From assembly GCA_963700635.1 (NCBI GenBank), contig CAVOYH010000004.1, forward strand, positions 800,001-864,000: a stretch of DNA of 64,000 nt. Reading direction: 5' to 3'. A model generated the notes under the pieces. That model did no database searches. It worked only from the letters and a program-made list of their open reading frames with translations, and had not been told where the DNA came from. Positions 30,834-40,344 of the stretch are shown here, piece by piece (position 1 is the stretch's first letter; the number at the start of each line of letters is the position of its first letter). A program made the translations under genes and the position numbers. The DNA is from an uncultured Bacteroidota bacterium (lineage in GTDB: Bacteria; Bacteroidota; Ignavibacteria; UBA10030; UBA6906).

Positions 30834-31493
30834 ATGTTTACAGGTTCATCACCTTTTGCGGATTACGTAGATACCACGTTTCTGGTTATCACGGGAATCT
30901 CCGCCATTGTCCTGATCGGATTAATGGCGGCAATGATCTATTTTGTGATCCGGTACAGCCGGAAGAGAAATCCACACCCCACCAATATTGAAGGGAATGT
31001 CCCTCTCGAGGTGGCCTGGACGGTTATCCCGCTGGTCCTGTTCCTTGGGATGTTCTACATGGGGTGGGAGGGATACAAACAGATGTCTGACGTGCCCGAC
31101 GGAGCAATTCCGATCAAGGTCACCGCGCGCATGTGGTCCTGGACATTTGAGTATCCGAACGGCCTGCAGACCGACACGCTCGTTGTGCCCGTGAAAGAGC
31201 CGATCAAGCTCACGCTCATATCGCAGGATGTCAATCACTCCATGTACATCCCTGCATTCCGGATAAAAAAGGACGCGATTCCGAACCGGGAAAACACGAT
31301 GTGGTTCAGCACGCCGGAAGTGCAGAGTTATGATATTGCATGTGCGGAGTACTGCGGGTTGCGCCATGCATACATGTACACGAGGCTGATTGCCCTTGAG
31401 CATTCAGCATTCGAACTGTGGTACCGGGAACGATCGGGCAAGGAGGCGAAGCCCTACACGCCGCTCACGGCTGGCCTGCCCGAGTCCCGATGA
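30834..31493 (+). CDS. ctaC: heme-copper oxidase subunit II (CuA, no fused cytochrome c)
   Basis: Motifs LEVAWTVIP, WSWTFEY, DVNHS and CAEYCGLRHAYM. Confidence 0.96.
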   Translation: MFTGSSPFADYVDTTFLVITGISAIVLIGLMAAMIYFVIRYSRKRNPHPTNIEGNVPLEVAWTVIPLVLFLGMFYMGWEGYKQMSDVPDGAIPIKVTARMWSWTFEYPNGLQTDTLVVPVKEPIKLTLISQDVNHSMYIPAFRIKKDAIPNRENTMWFSTPEVQSYDIACAEYCGLRHAYMYTRLIALEHSAFELWYRERSGKEAKPYTPLTAGLPESR

Positions 31494-31557
31494 GGAAGTA
31501 CCAGGTCCCGCGTAGTGTGGCACAATTTCTCAGTCCTGAAACGAGGATCCGACAGGT

Positions 31558-32898
31558 ATGGATGTTCTGAACAGCATAGCGCTGCCTCAATCGACGGAGC
31601 ATTTTCATCTGCTTCTGTTCGTGTATAACCTGGTGATGCTCATGGCGATGCCGTATATCGCCCTGCTGACCGGGGCTCTTGTGCTGGCGGTGTGGGCTGA
31701 CAGGAAGAACCAGATGGGCGCCGACCCCTACGGCAGGCACCTCTCCCGCACGATCGTCCACGCAGTGCTTCCGTCAAAGTCGGTATTCCTGTATATGGGC
31801 ATATTGCCGTCACTGTCGATGGTCTTTGTGTACGCACAGCTCCTGCAGGGTACGCCCGCGCTGGCGACCGGCTTCGCAGCACTGGGAGTGCTCCTCCTCC
31901 TTTGTGCCGGTATTGCGGGGTTCTTTTTCCAGTACACATTTCGGATCGAGGACGTCCTCGCGCACATAGCAAGAGCCAAGACTCCGTCTGCCGAGGTGGT
32001 GGAATTAGAAACCGGAACCAAAGGCACGCACCGCAGGAGCGGCACCGTGGCAGTCTGGTCTATCCTTGGCGCCGTGTTTTGCTTCAGCGCGGCGCAGACG
32101 ATCGCAGGGAATCCGTCGCACTGGCATACCGTTGATTCGTTGTTTGCTGCCTTTCTCTCGCTGGATGTCTGGCTCTCCATGATCTTTTTCCTTTCCGTAT
32201 CCGCGGCACTGAGCGGGGCGGGTATTCTGCTGTTTCATCAAAAACATGCCGTGAGCCATAAAGCCGACGAGGGGTATACAGCGCACATTCAGCGCTCCAG
32301 CATCCGTCTGTCGACGCTGGCTCTTCTGTGTGCGCCCGTCGTGCTCATCCTCACGCTGACGAGATTGCCGGATGGGGTGCTGTCAGGGTGGGTGTATGCC
32401 CTCGCCGCCGTGGCCGTCCTCTCTTTCTTCGGATCACTGCACGGGCTCTACGCCTTCGTGCGGTTACGGCGTGTGACGGCGACAGAATATGCCTTTGCAG
32501 CGATGATACTTGCGACAACGGCGCTTGTGACGAAGGATCAGGTCGTTTTGCACAACGCCACAAAGGTACGGTCGGTTGTCGTTGCTCAATCCTATGACAA
32601 TTCCAAGGAGGCGCTTAAGAGTGCGCTGGGAGTAGCCGTCAAGCAGTTCACCGGCGAGGACATCTACAACGCACGGTGTTCTGCGTGCCACCTTTTTGAC
32701 CAGAAGAAGGTGGGCCCTTCGTATAAAAGCGTGTTGCCAAAGTACCAGGGGAAAAAATCACAACTCGTTTCATTCATACTGAATCCCGGGAAGATTGACC
32801 CGGATTATCCGCCCATGCCTTCCCAGGGACTCAAACCATCCGAAGCGGATTCGATTGCCACCTATCTCTTGAAGAAAGCAGAGCCGAAGGGATCGTGA
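31558..32898 (+). CDS. polytopic membrane protein with C-terminal class I cytochrome c
   Basis: About 9 hydrophobic segments, then GEDIYNARCSACH...VGPSY...PPMP. Confidence 0.8.
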   Translation: MDVLNSIALPQSTEHFHLLLFVYNLVMLMAMPYIALLTGALVLAVWADRKNQMGADPYGRHLSRTIVHAVLPSKSVFLYMGILPSLSMVFVYAQLLQGTPALATGFAALGVLLLLCAGIAGFFFQYTFRIEDVLAHIARAKTPSAEVVELETGTKGTHRRSGTVAVWSILGAVFCFSAAQTIAGNPSHWHTVDSLFAAFLSLDVWLSMIFFLSVSAALSGAGILLFHQKHAVSHKADEGYTAHIQRSSIRLSTLALLCAPVVLILTLTRLPDGVLSGWVYALAAVAVLSFFGSLHGLYAFVRLRRVTATEYAFAAMILATTALVTKDQVVLHNATKVRSVVVAQSYDNSKEALKSALGVAVKQFTGEDIYNARCSACHLFDQKKVGPSYKSVLPKYQGKKSQLVSFILNPGKIDPDYPPMPSQGLKPSEADSIATYLLKKAEPKGS

Positions 32899-33821
32899 TG
32901 AGGAGCCAGACGGAGACACAACCGGCGGGAGGGCGGAGCATCGTACGATCCCGGCAGACTTCCGCCGCGGGTTATCTGTCGCTCACAAAACCCGGCCTCA
33001 CGGGGATGTCTGTGGGGACTGCAGTTGCGGGAGCAATACTTGCCGCAGAGGGTTGGCAGGATTACGGACGGATTGTTGCCGTTGCGGTGGGGACGTTTCT
33101 TGTTGGTGGAGGGGCGGTGGCACTGAACCAGTACGCCGAACGGGCCTTTGATGCCCTTATGCACCGCACACGGCGCAGGCCGCTGCCTGCAGGGACCCTG
33201 ACTCCCAACCAGGGACTTGTCTTTGGGTTGGGCATTGCGCTTCTGGGCCTGTTGACGCTTGCGACGTTTACCACGACGCTTGCCGCCAGCCTGGCGGGAG
33301 GCACGATTACGATCTACCTCCTGGTGTACACCCCCTTAAAGCGGAAAACCCACCTGGCTACAGCCGTGGGCGGCATTCCAGGGGCAATCCCGCCGGTGAT
33401 CGGATGGGTTGCAATAACAGGTAGTATTAGCATCGAAGCCTACGTTCTTTTCCTCGTACTCTTCCTGTGGCAGATGCCGCATTTTCTGGCGCTGGGATGG
33501 ATGTACAGGGAAGACTACATGAGAGGAGGGTACCGGCTGCTCACGTCTCTGGATGCTACGGGGAAGATAACGAGCCGGATCATTCTGGTGTTTCTGTGGG
33601 CGTTGCTGCCCGCATCCATGCTCCCGTTCTTCTTGGGAATGGCCGGGAGCACGTTTCTTGCAGGTGTTTTTCTCGGGTGGATCCTTTTTGTGATCCCCTC
33701 GTACCGATTTCTGGCGGACGTGACCGAGAAACACGCCCGCGCCGTGTTCCTGGTTTCGCTTGCCTATATACCCCTCTTCTTCGGGCTATTCGCCCTCGAC
33801 CGTCTTTTACTCTACCTATAA
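32895..33821 (+). CDS. cyoE: protoheme IX farnesyltransferase (heme O synthase)
   Basis: Motifs LTKPG, D-LM-RT-RRPLP, YTPLKR, GAIPPVIGW and WQMPHF. Confidence 0.95.
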   Translation: MMRSQTETQPAGGRSIVRSRQTSAAGYLSLTKPGLTGMSVGTAVAGAILAAEGWQDYGRIVAVAVGTFLVGGGAVALNQYAERAFDALMHRTRRRPLPAGTLTPNQGLVFGLGIALLGLLTLATFTTTLAASLAGGTITIYLLVYTPLKRKTHLATAVGGIPGAIPPVIGWVAITGSISIEAYVLFLVLFLWQMPHFLALGWMYREDYMRGGYRLLTSLDATGKITSRIILVFLWALLPASMLPFFLGMAGSTFLAGVFLGWILFVIPSYRFLADVTEKHARAVFLVSLAYIPLFFGLFALDRLLLYL

Positions 33822-33912
33822 TGCTGTTGGTAAGTGTGAGTTCAAGTGGTTGTCTGTCAAGACCTTACCCGGCAACACTACATGTATATTCTATACAATC
33901 CGCACTTGTCGA

Positions 33913-34728
33913 TCATTTTGTGATCACGCCAGATCTTACGACGAATTCTTTGAGAAGTCGTGAGAAGTGCTCCCTGACCTGATTGGCCACGATGGTCACC
34001 TCGGCGTGATCCAGCTTGGCGGAGCTTGTTCCGGTAGCTTTATTTGTTATGCAGGAGATCCCTGACACGCGCAGTCCCAGTGCGGCGGCAAGTGCCGTTT
34101 CCAGAACTGTTGACATCCCCACAGCATCCCCCCCGAGGCGGTAGAGCATTTCGACTTCCGCGGCCGTTTCATACGATGGGCCCTTAACGCCGGCATACAC
34201 GCCGGTGGCGACCCGCAAACCAAGATCAGCTGCGGTTCTGGTCAGGAGTGCGCACAAATCAGGATCATACAAACGATTCTCGCGGACTCTCGCCGGCACA
34301 TCGGGCGGCAGGGCCAGACCCGTCATGTTGATCTGGTCTGTGATCACCATGAGGTCTCCCGGTACAAGTCCCCGATGTATTCCTCCAGCGGCGTTGGTAA
34401 TCACCAACTGTGGAATTCCCAGGCCTGCCACAACCCTGACCGGGAAGAGGACAGTGTTCAGATCACCTGATTCATAAAAATGCGCACGCCCCTGTACTGC
34501 CAGCACGTTTCTGCTGCCTAACCGGCCGAACACAAGTTGGCCTTTATGTCCTTCCACGGTGGCGCCGGGGTAGAAGGGGATGCTGCCGGAAGGCACGACG
34601 GTGCGGTCTTCCAGCCCATCGGCGAAACTCCCGAGTCCGGAACCCAGGATAATCGCGACGTCGGGTGTACCGGAGATCCGTGTGCGGAGGAAGTGCACTG
34701 CTGCATCGATATGGGGCTGGGTGATCAT
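33913..34728 (-). CDS. punA: purine-nucleoside phosphorylase (trimeric family)
   Basis: Motifs ILGSGLG, GRAHFYE, TNAAGG, GPSYETAAE, GMSTVLE and ITN; ATGA overlap with nupC. Confidence 0.95.
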   Translation of the reverse strand: MITQPHIDAAVHFLRTRISGTPDVAIILGSGLGSFADGLEDRTVVPSGSIPFYPGATVEGHKGQLVFGRLGSRNVLAVQGRAHFYESGDLNTVLFPVRVVAGLGIPQLVITNAAGGIHRGLVPGDLMVITDQINMTGLALPPDVPARVRENRLYDPDLCALLTRTAADLGLRVATGVYAGVKGPSYETAAEVEMLYRLGGDAVGMSTVLETALAAALGLRVSGISCITNKATGTSSAKLDHAEVTIVANQVREHFSRLLKEFVVRSGVITK

Positions 34729-36080
34729 CCGAAGAAAATACCGGCCATCGCCGCAGCTGAAAGATTTGCGAGAGTTCCCCCGAGAACTGCCTTCAGGCCG
34801 AGGGCTGCAAGGTCTTTGCGCCGTTCGGGCGCCAGCGGACTGATGCCGCCTATTTGAATTGCTATGGAGGAGAAGTTGGCGAATCCGCACATGGCGAATG
34901 CCGCCATGAAGATCGCCTTGTCGGTGGAGAGGATGCCTTCCGCGATCATCCTGGAGAGATCCAGGTACCCGACAAATTCGTTCAGGACAATCTTGGTTCC
35001 GATAAGTGATCCAAAATTGAGGGCATCAGCCCAGGGCACGCCGATGGCGAAGGCCAGGAGCTGGAAAATGAGTCCGAAAAGGAGTTCAAGCGAAAGGGAG
35101 CGGCCGTAGGAGGCAGTCAGGATGGTGTTGAGTCCGGTGATGTCCCCCAGACCGGTCAGAAGGTAGTTCACGAGGGCAATAAGCGCTATAAACGCGAGCA
35201 GCATAGCGCCGACATTGAGTGCGAGGTGAAGTCCGTCCGATGCCCCGGCGGCGGCGGCCTCAATGACGTTGGAAGAGGTACGTTCAATTTTTACTTTTAC
35301 CGCGCCTTTGGTTTCCGGGTCCCCGGTTTCGGGGAAGAGGATCTTTGCGATGGCCAGTCCGGCAGGTGCTGCCATGATACTTGCGCCGAGAAGCTGTGCT
35401 GCAAACCGTGCCTGGCCGACATCCAGAGGAAGCCCGTGCTTCTGGGAATATGCATAGCCCAGCATCTGCACGTACGCAGCCAGCACGCCACCGGCAATCG
35501 TGCACATTCCCCCGACCATGATTGTCAGGAGTTCAGAGTTTGTCATTCCCTTGAGAAACGGCCGGATCATCAGGGGAGCTTCCGTTTGCCCGACGAAAAT
35601 ATTTGCGGTGTTGGACAATGATTCCGCGCCGCTTGTGCCCATGACGCGCGACATGATCCATGCCATGCCCTGGACGATGCGTTGCATTACGCCGAGGTAG
35701 TAGAGCACGGACATCAGGGAGGCAAAGAAGATGATGGTGGGGAGGACCTGGAACGCAAAGAAGAAGCCGAGGTTTCCTTCCGTGCCCGGGCCGACGGCGA
35801 GGTCGCCGAACACGAATTTCGCCCCCTCAGTGGTAAACCCGAGAATGCGCACAAACCCGTAGCTGATCCACTCAAAGGAGAGTTTGACCCACCCGAGCGG
35901 GGCAAAGAATTCCCCGAGGGCTTCACCTTCCAGCACAAAAATGGCAAAGACAAATTGCAGACCGAATCCGGCGGAGACGAGGCGCCAGTTGACTTTCCGG
36001 CGGTTGTTGGAAAACAGTAACGCGATCCCCACGAGGAAGAGAAGGCCGAAGGCGCCATGCGCCAGAGAGAGGATAGACAT
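34725..36080 (-). CDS. nupC: CNT family nucleoside:cation symporter
   Basis: Motifs FAFQVLPTIIFF, NIFVGQTEAP, TIAGGV, NEFVGY and CGFANFSSIAIQIGG. Confidence 0.95.
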   Translation of the reverse strand: MSILSLAHGAFGLLFLVGIALLFSNNRRKVNWRLVSAGFGLQFVFAIFVLEGEALGEFFAPLGWVKLSFEWISYGFVRILGFTTEGAKFVFGDLAVGPGTEGNLGFFFAFQVLPTIIFFASLMSVLYYLGVMQRIVQGMAWIMSRVMGTSGAESLSNTANIFVGQTEAPLMIRPFLKGMTNSELLTIMVGGMCTIAGGVLAAYVQMLGYAYSQKHGLPLDVGQARFAAQLLGASIMAAPAGLAIAKILFPETGDPETKGAVKVKIERTSSNVIEAAAAGASDGLHLALNVGAMLLAFIALIALVNYLLTGLGDITGLNTILTASYGRSLSLELLFGLIFQLLAFAIGVPWADALNFGSLIGTKIVLNEFVGYLDLSRMIAEGILSTDKAIFMAAFAMCGFANFSSIAIQIGGISPLAPERRKDLAALGLKAVLGGTLANLSAAAMAGIFFG

Positions 36081-36136
36081 GTCGTGCGAGTCAGTAGTGG
36101 AAAGAGAGTGGGTGTCCGGGTCCGGAAACCCTTGCG

Positions 36137-36718
36137 CTAGTCACCGGGCGCTGGCGGCTGAAAACAGCGCCGGCACCGTGCTTCGTAAAGATCCTTCGCC
36201 CCGACCAGGACCCGCTCACTGGATTGTGTGATGCGCTGCGTCCGGTCCGCAGGATTCCCGCACACCATACAAATGGCGAGCGTTTTGGTGATGTACTCGG
36301 CAACAGCCAGAAGCTGGGGCATCGGTTCAAACGGTTTGCCCCGGTAATCCTGGTCCAAACCCGCAATGATCACACGCTTCCCTTCATTGGCAAGCTGATC
36401 CGCAACTTCGACGATCGTCATGTCAAAAAACTGCGCTTCATCAATGCCGACCACCTGCGCGTTCCGGACGAGCGGGAGGATGTCGGCGGGGTGATCTACC
36501 ATCGTGGACGGAATTTTGAGATCGCTGTGTGAAACGATGTGATCGTTGCTGTACCGGGTGTCGATGCGGGGCTTGAATATCTCAACCTCCTGGCGGGCAA
36601 TCTGTGCCCGGCGGAGGCGCCGGATCAATTCTTCCGTTTTGCCGCTGAACATACACCCTGCAATCACTTCAATCCAGCCGGTAGTGCGCGGTGAATCGTG
36701 AAACGTGGGCATGGTCAT
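36137..36718 (-). CDS. tdk: thymidine kinase
   Basis: Motifs [23 protein letters not shown], zinc cysteines and YEARCRRC. Confidence 0.97.
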   Translation of the reverse strand: MTMPTFHDSPRTTGWIEVIAGCMFSGKTEELIRRLRRAQIARQEVEIFKPRIDTRYSNDHIVSHSDLKIPSTMVDHPADILPLVRNAQVVGIDEAQFFDMTIVEVADQLANEGKRVIIAGLDQDYRGKPFEPMPQLLAVAEYITKTLAICMVCGNPADRTQRITQSSERVLVGAKDLYEARCRRCFQPPAPGD

Positions 36719-37128
36719 GGTTTGGTGCGCCGGACATTCTTGAGGTTTTTACCCCCGAAAGGGTAGGGAAGGAGTTCGGTGAGTTTATGAATTTTTAGCG
36801 CGCCGGTTTCTGTTGAGAGAATCACATCCACATCGCCTGCGAGGTCCATCATCACCTGCCTGCAGGCTCCACAGGGCGGGGTGGCCTTTTTCTCGTCGGA
36901 TGCGATCGCAAGAGCCACGAACGACGTTTCCCCTTCTGAGACTGCTTTGAACAATGCAGTCCGTTCGGCACATACCGTCAGTCCGTAGGAACTATTCTCA
37001 ATATTACACCCGGTGTACACCTTGCCACTGCGTGTAAGCACCGCTGCCCCTACCCGGAAACGGGAGTACGGGGAATGTGAGTGGCGCTTGGCGGCTCTGG
37101 CCCGCGAAACGAGTGTGCGGTAGTTCAT
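36715..37128 (-). CDS. cdd: cytidine deaminase (homotetrameric type)
   Basis: Motifs [29 protein letters not shown] and LLP--F. Confidence 0.96.
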   Translation of the reverse strand: MNYRTLVSRARAAKRHSHSPYSRFRVGAAVLTRSGKVYTGCNIENSSYGLTVCAERTALFKAVSEGETSFVALAIASDEKKATPPCGACRQVMMDLAGDVDVILSTETGALKIHKLTELLPYPFGGKNLKNVRRTKP

Positions 37129-37154
37129 TCTGCTCCGGTGTGGAACGTTTTACA

Positions 37155-37183
37155 AATATATCGAAAGGGGCCCAGATAAGCAA
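37155..37183 (-). promoter_or_regulatory. promoter of cdd-tdk-nupC-punA
   Basis: Minus strand TTGCTT-N17-TATATT(TG). Confidence 0.6.
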
Positions 37184-37247
37184 ACAAGGAGAAGCCCGGG
37201 AAGGGGATGCCGACGCGCGGGGGAGGATTGGCGGTATGAGGAGGAAC

Positions 37248-38483
37248 TCAGGCGGGCCTGAGCTCGATGCGGGTGAGTTCGGGCGGACAGTTGATACGCA
37301 CGGGGATCCCGACTGTCCCGACGCCGCGCGACACGTACATTTGCGTCTTTCCCTGCCGGTACAGGCCCCACACAAAGGGAGAAGCCAATGCAGCCGGAGT
37401 CAATATAGTGTCGGCAAATTTTCCGAACACAACCTGTCCGCCATGCGTGTGACCGCTCAGCATCACATCGATATTCCGTGTTGCGGCCTCATCCAGGAAA
37501 TACGGACGGTGATTCATGAGGATAGAAGGCCCTTCCGTCGGGATACTCGCCAGCGCCGTGTCCATGCGCCTACCGGCGGCCGGAGCGTTGCCAACGTCGT
37601 CAATTCCGAGAAGGCGGATGGATGATTTTCCGCGCCTGATGATCCGCCCCTCATCCCTGAGAATCTGCACCCCGGCCTGTGCTGAGACCTCCGCGATACG
37701 GTCCGGTTCACGGGAATAGAAATCGTGGTTGCCGAGAACACCATACACGCCATCCCGGGTGCGCAGGCCGCTGAATGCGTCGGCAAACGGGAGCACCTCA
37801 TCACCCGCTCCGTTCACAATATCTCCGCCTACCACAACCAGATCAACGCCCATGGCATTGAGCATGCGGACATATTCATCCATGTCCCTCTTCAGCATGT
37901 ACATGCTCGAATGGATGTCCGTCACAAGCCCGATACTGTATCCGGAGAATTCAAGGGGAAGCCCGGGTACGAGGAGTGTTTCCTGATTAATCTCGCACCC
38001 GTGCTTCTCAACGATCATTCCATACGCCGTCGCTCCAAACGATGCTGCCGTGAGTCCGTACACGCTGCGCCGGAGAAAAACCCGCCTTGACTGATCAAAG
38101 CGCTGGAGTGACGGTCGGGAACGGAACGTCGACAACCCGTCCCGGGTGGCTGGAAGCCGCTTTAACCCTGCCCAGATTCCCCGGAAAGGGAGTTTGAACA
38201 ATGCGACGATCAGCAGCGCAAATCCGAGCACAAAGGTCGCCGAGTGCCACCAGTAAAACGGGTAGACGGCGCTGTAGATGAACCACTCCGGAAACGTGAC
38301 ATCCCGCACCCTGAATATCGCAATGAGGAGCAGGGCCACGTTAAAAACAACAAACGTGACAAGCACAGGCCAGCGCATCCGCTTGAAGACGCCTGCATGG
38401 TTCGCTGACCACTTCCAGAAGCGGCGCAGGAGGTATGCCTGGAGGGCTAGGATAAGGATCGGTATGATGAGTCTGAAGAGCAT
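37248..38483 (-). CDS. membrane-anchored calcineurin-like metallophosphoesterase (YkuE/YaeI-like)
   Basis: Motifs TDIH, GGDIVN, LGNHDFY, HRP, SGHTHGGQ, YVSRGVG and R-NCPPE; N-terminal TMs. Start uncertain. Confidence 0.9.
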   Translation of the reverse strand: MLFRLIIPILILALQAYLLRRFWKWSANHAGVFKRMRWPVLVTFVVFNVALLLIAIFRVRDVTFPEWFIYSAVYPFYWWHSATFVLGFALLIVALFKLPFRGIWAGLKRLPATRDGLSTFRSRPSLQRFDQSRRVFLRRSVYGLTAASFGATAYGMIVEKHGCEINQETLLVPGLPLEFSGYSIGLVTDIHSSMYMLKRDMDEYVRMLNAMGVDLVVVGGDIVNGAGDEVLPFADAFSGLRTRDGVYGVLGNHDFYSREPDRIAEVSAQAGVQILRDEGRIIRRGKSSIRLLGIDDVGNAPAAGRRMDTALASIPTEGPSILMNHRPYFLDEAATRNIDVMLSGHTHGGQVVFGKFADTILTPAALASPFVWGLYRQGKTQMYVSRGVGTVGIPVRINCPPELTRIELRPA

Positions 38484-38622
38484 AGTCTGTAGTGTTGTGT
38501 GTACAGATATTAACGCCATGGGAGACACTTAAGTTTCATGAAAGGTATCCAATTTTAAGGGAAATTGACCGTTTGTCGGCATCCCCGGACCCTGCGCTCC
38601 CCGTACGGGCGCGTCGGAATGC

Positions 38623-38651
38623 TTGTGAGTCAGCCCCGTGTTCACTATATT
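38623..38651 (+). promoter_or_regulatory. candidate promoter for PASTA-rpe
   Basis: TTGTGA-N17-TATATT. Confidence 0.45.
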
Positions 38652-38662
38652 GGAGCACATTT

Positions 38663-39454
38663 ATGAACTTCGTTTCCAAGATATTGATCGCCCTGTACCG
38701 TTCCGCGTTTGTGAAGCGGATCCTCGTGGCAGGGGGTAGCCTCCTCGGCATATTTGTCCTGATGAACTACATCGTCCTCCCGCTCTATGTGAATCATGCG
38801 GGCCGCATCGCTGTTCCCAGCGTCATCGGGATGCAGAAGGATGATGCCATCCGGCTGCTTGAGTCATCCGGGTTCCGGGCCGTAGAGGCGGACACCCGCC
38901 CGGATCCGGAGCACCCGATAGGTGTGGTGATCCAGCAGAACCCGCCTGCCAATGCTGTCGTGAAGGAGGGGAGAAGAATTTATCTTAGTCTGAGTGGAGG
39001 CGAAATTCAGGTCCCCGTTCCATCACTCCGCGGGCGCTCCCTTCGGGATGCCCGCTTTGCGCTTGAACGGCAGGGTCTGAAACTGGGGACAGTCGGGTTT
39101 AACTCTTCCGATTCGTACCCCGAAAACACCATTATTGAGCAGTCCATTGCGCCGGATTCCAGAGTGTCAAAGGGCACCGAGGTGCATATCACAGTAAGTC
39201 AGGGCCGACTCCTGGGCGTCACGCATGCACCGCTGATAATCGGGAAGACGCTGGGGGAAGCCCGTACGATCCTGGAATCCGACGGTTTCCGACTCGGCGT
39301 CATCACGTATCAGCAAAGTTTTGACCTGGTGCCCAACACCGTGGTTGACCAATATCCCCGTCCGGGGGATGTGTTGGGCCCGGGGCAGGCGATAGATTTG
39401 TTCGTGGTAAAGACCGGACGTCCGGCCGAAGAATTTCAAACTCCCCCGCACTAA
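38663..39454 (+). CDS. PASTA domain-containing protein (three PASTA repeats, no kinase)
   Basis: N-terminal TM; repeats VPSVIG...VIQQNP, VPSLRG...IIEQS and APLIIG...VVDQYP. Confidence 0.88.
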   Translation: MNFVSKILIALYRSAFVKRILVAGGSLLGIFVLMNYIVLPLYVNHAGRIAVPSVIGMQKDDAIRLLESSGFRAVEADTRPDPEHPIGVVIQQNPPANAVVKEGRRIYLSLSGGEIQVPVPSLRGRSLRDARFALERQGLKLGTVGFNSSDSYPENTIIEQSIAPDSRVSKGTEVHITVSQGRLLGVTHAPLIIGKTLGEARTILESDGFRLGVITYQQSFDLVPNTVVDQYPRPGDVLGPGQAIDLFVVKTGRPAEEFQTPPH

Positions 39455-39465
39455 CAGGCGTCATC

Positions 39466-40161
39466 ATGATACGGATTGCTCCGTCCATATTAACGTCGGA
39501 CTTCGCCCGTCTGGAGAACCAGGTGGCTGCTCTGGAGAAGGGGGGGGCGGACTGGATTCATCTCGACGTTATGGACGGTGTGTTCGTTCCCAACCTGACC
39601 TTCGGCCCCCCCGTCATTGCGGCGGTGCGGAAGGTGACGCGTCTCCCGCTTGACGCACACCTGATGATCGTCGATCCGGACCGCTGGATCGAAACGTACA
39701 GGGCTGCGGGGGTGGACAAGATAACCGTACACGCCGAAGCATGCCCCCATTTGCATCGCACCATACACCGGATCCGGGAAGCAGGCGCAGAGGTTGGTGT
39801 CAGCGTGAATCCCGCAACACCACTCTCCGTGCTTGAGGAGATTCTCGGCGACGTGGATCTGGTGCTGATCATGTCTGTGAACCCGGGATTCGGAGGACAG
39901 ACGTTTATCCCTGGCACAGTATCGCGCATCCGGCGGCTCGCCGCCATGATTCTTGAGCACCGGAGCAGCGCGGTAATTCAGGTGGATGGCGGGATTGACG
40001 CGGAGACATCACGTCAGGTCGCTGCCGCGGGCGCAAACGTCCTTGTTGCCGGAAGTTATATCTTTTCTGCACCCTCCATTCCGGATGCCATCAGGACACT
40101 GCGGCGCTCTGCTGCAGATGGCGCCGGCACAAGGCCGGGATCTACTCTGAAGAACGTGTAA
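39466..40161 (+). CDS. rpe: ribulose-phosphate 3-epimerase
   Basis: Motifs IAPSIL, HLDVMDG-FVPNLTFG, MSVNPGFGGQ and VDGG. Confidence 0.98.
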   Translation: MIRIAPSILTSDFARLENQVAALEKGGADWIHLDVMDGVFVPNLTFGPPVIAAVRKVTRLPLDAHLMIVDPDRWIETYRAAGVDKITVHAEACPHLHRTIHRIREAGAEVGVSVNPATPLSVLEEILGDVDLVLIMSVNPGFGGQTFIPGTVSRIRRLAAMILEHRSSAVIQVDGGIDAETSRQVAAAGANVLVAGSYIFSAPSIPDAIRTLRRSAADGAGTRPGSTLKNV

Positions 40162-40262
40162 GACCACAGCTGCGCAGACCGGAAGGGGATCCGGCCCACC
40201 CGGATGCCCACCCCCGCCCCCGGTACACCCGCGATTTTCTTTTGTTCCTGCCGACATTGTAC

Positions 40263-40327
40263 TTGACTTTCACTGTTCCTGCCGTTATATTTAAACCTTC
40301 CAATATGAAATACCTTAATTAGTAAGG
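40263..40327 (+). promoter_or_regulatory. promoter and downstream palindromic operator candidate for Lrp-glnA
   Basis: TTGACT-N17-TATATT (40263-40291); CCTTA-ATTAG-TAAGG (40313-40327). Confidence 0.55.
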
Positions 40328-40344
40328 CAAACGGCAAACACAGC

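Noticed and set aside
33822-33912. AT-rich gap between convergent cyoE and punA with partial inverted repeat (GGTAAG...CTTACC)
   Set aside because: The pairing is short and interrupted and resembles no sRNA, tRNA or terminator I recognise; there is not enough support.
38663-39454. PASTA-only protein without a kinase domain next to rpe
   Set aside because: Stand-alone PASTA proteins are common in Bacteroidota/Chlorobi-like genomes.
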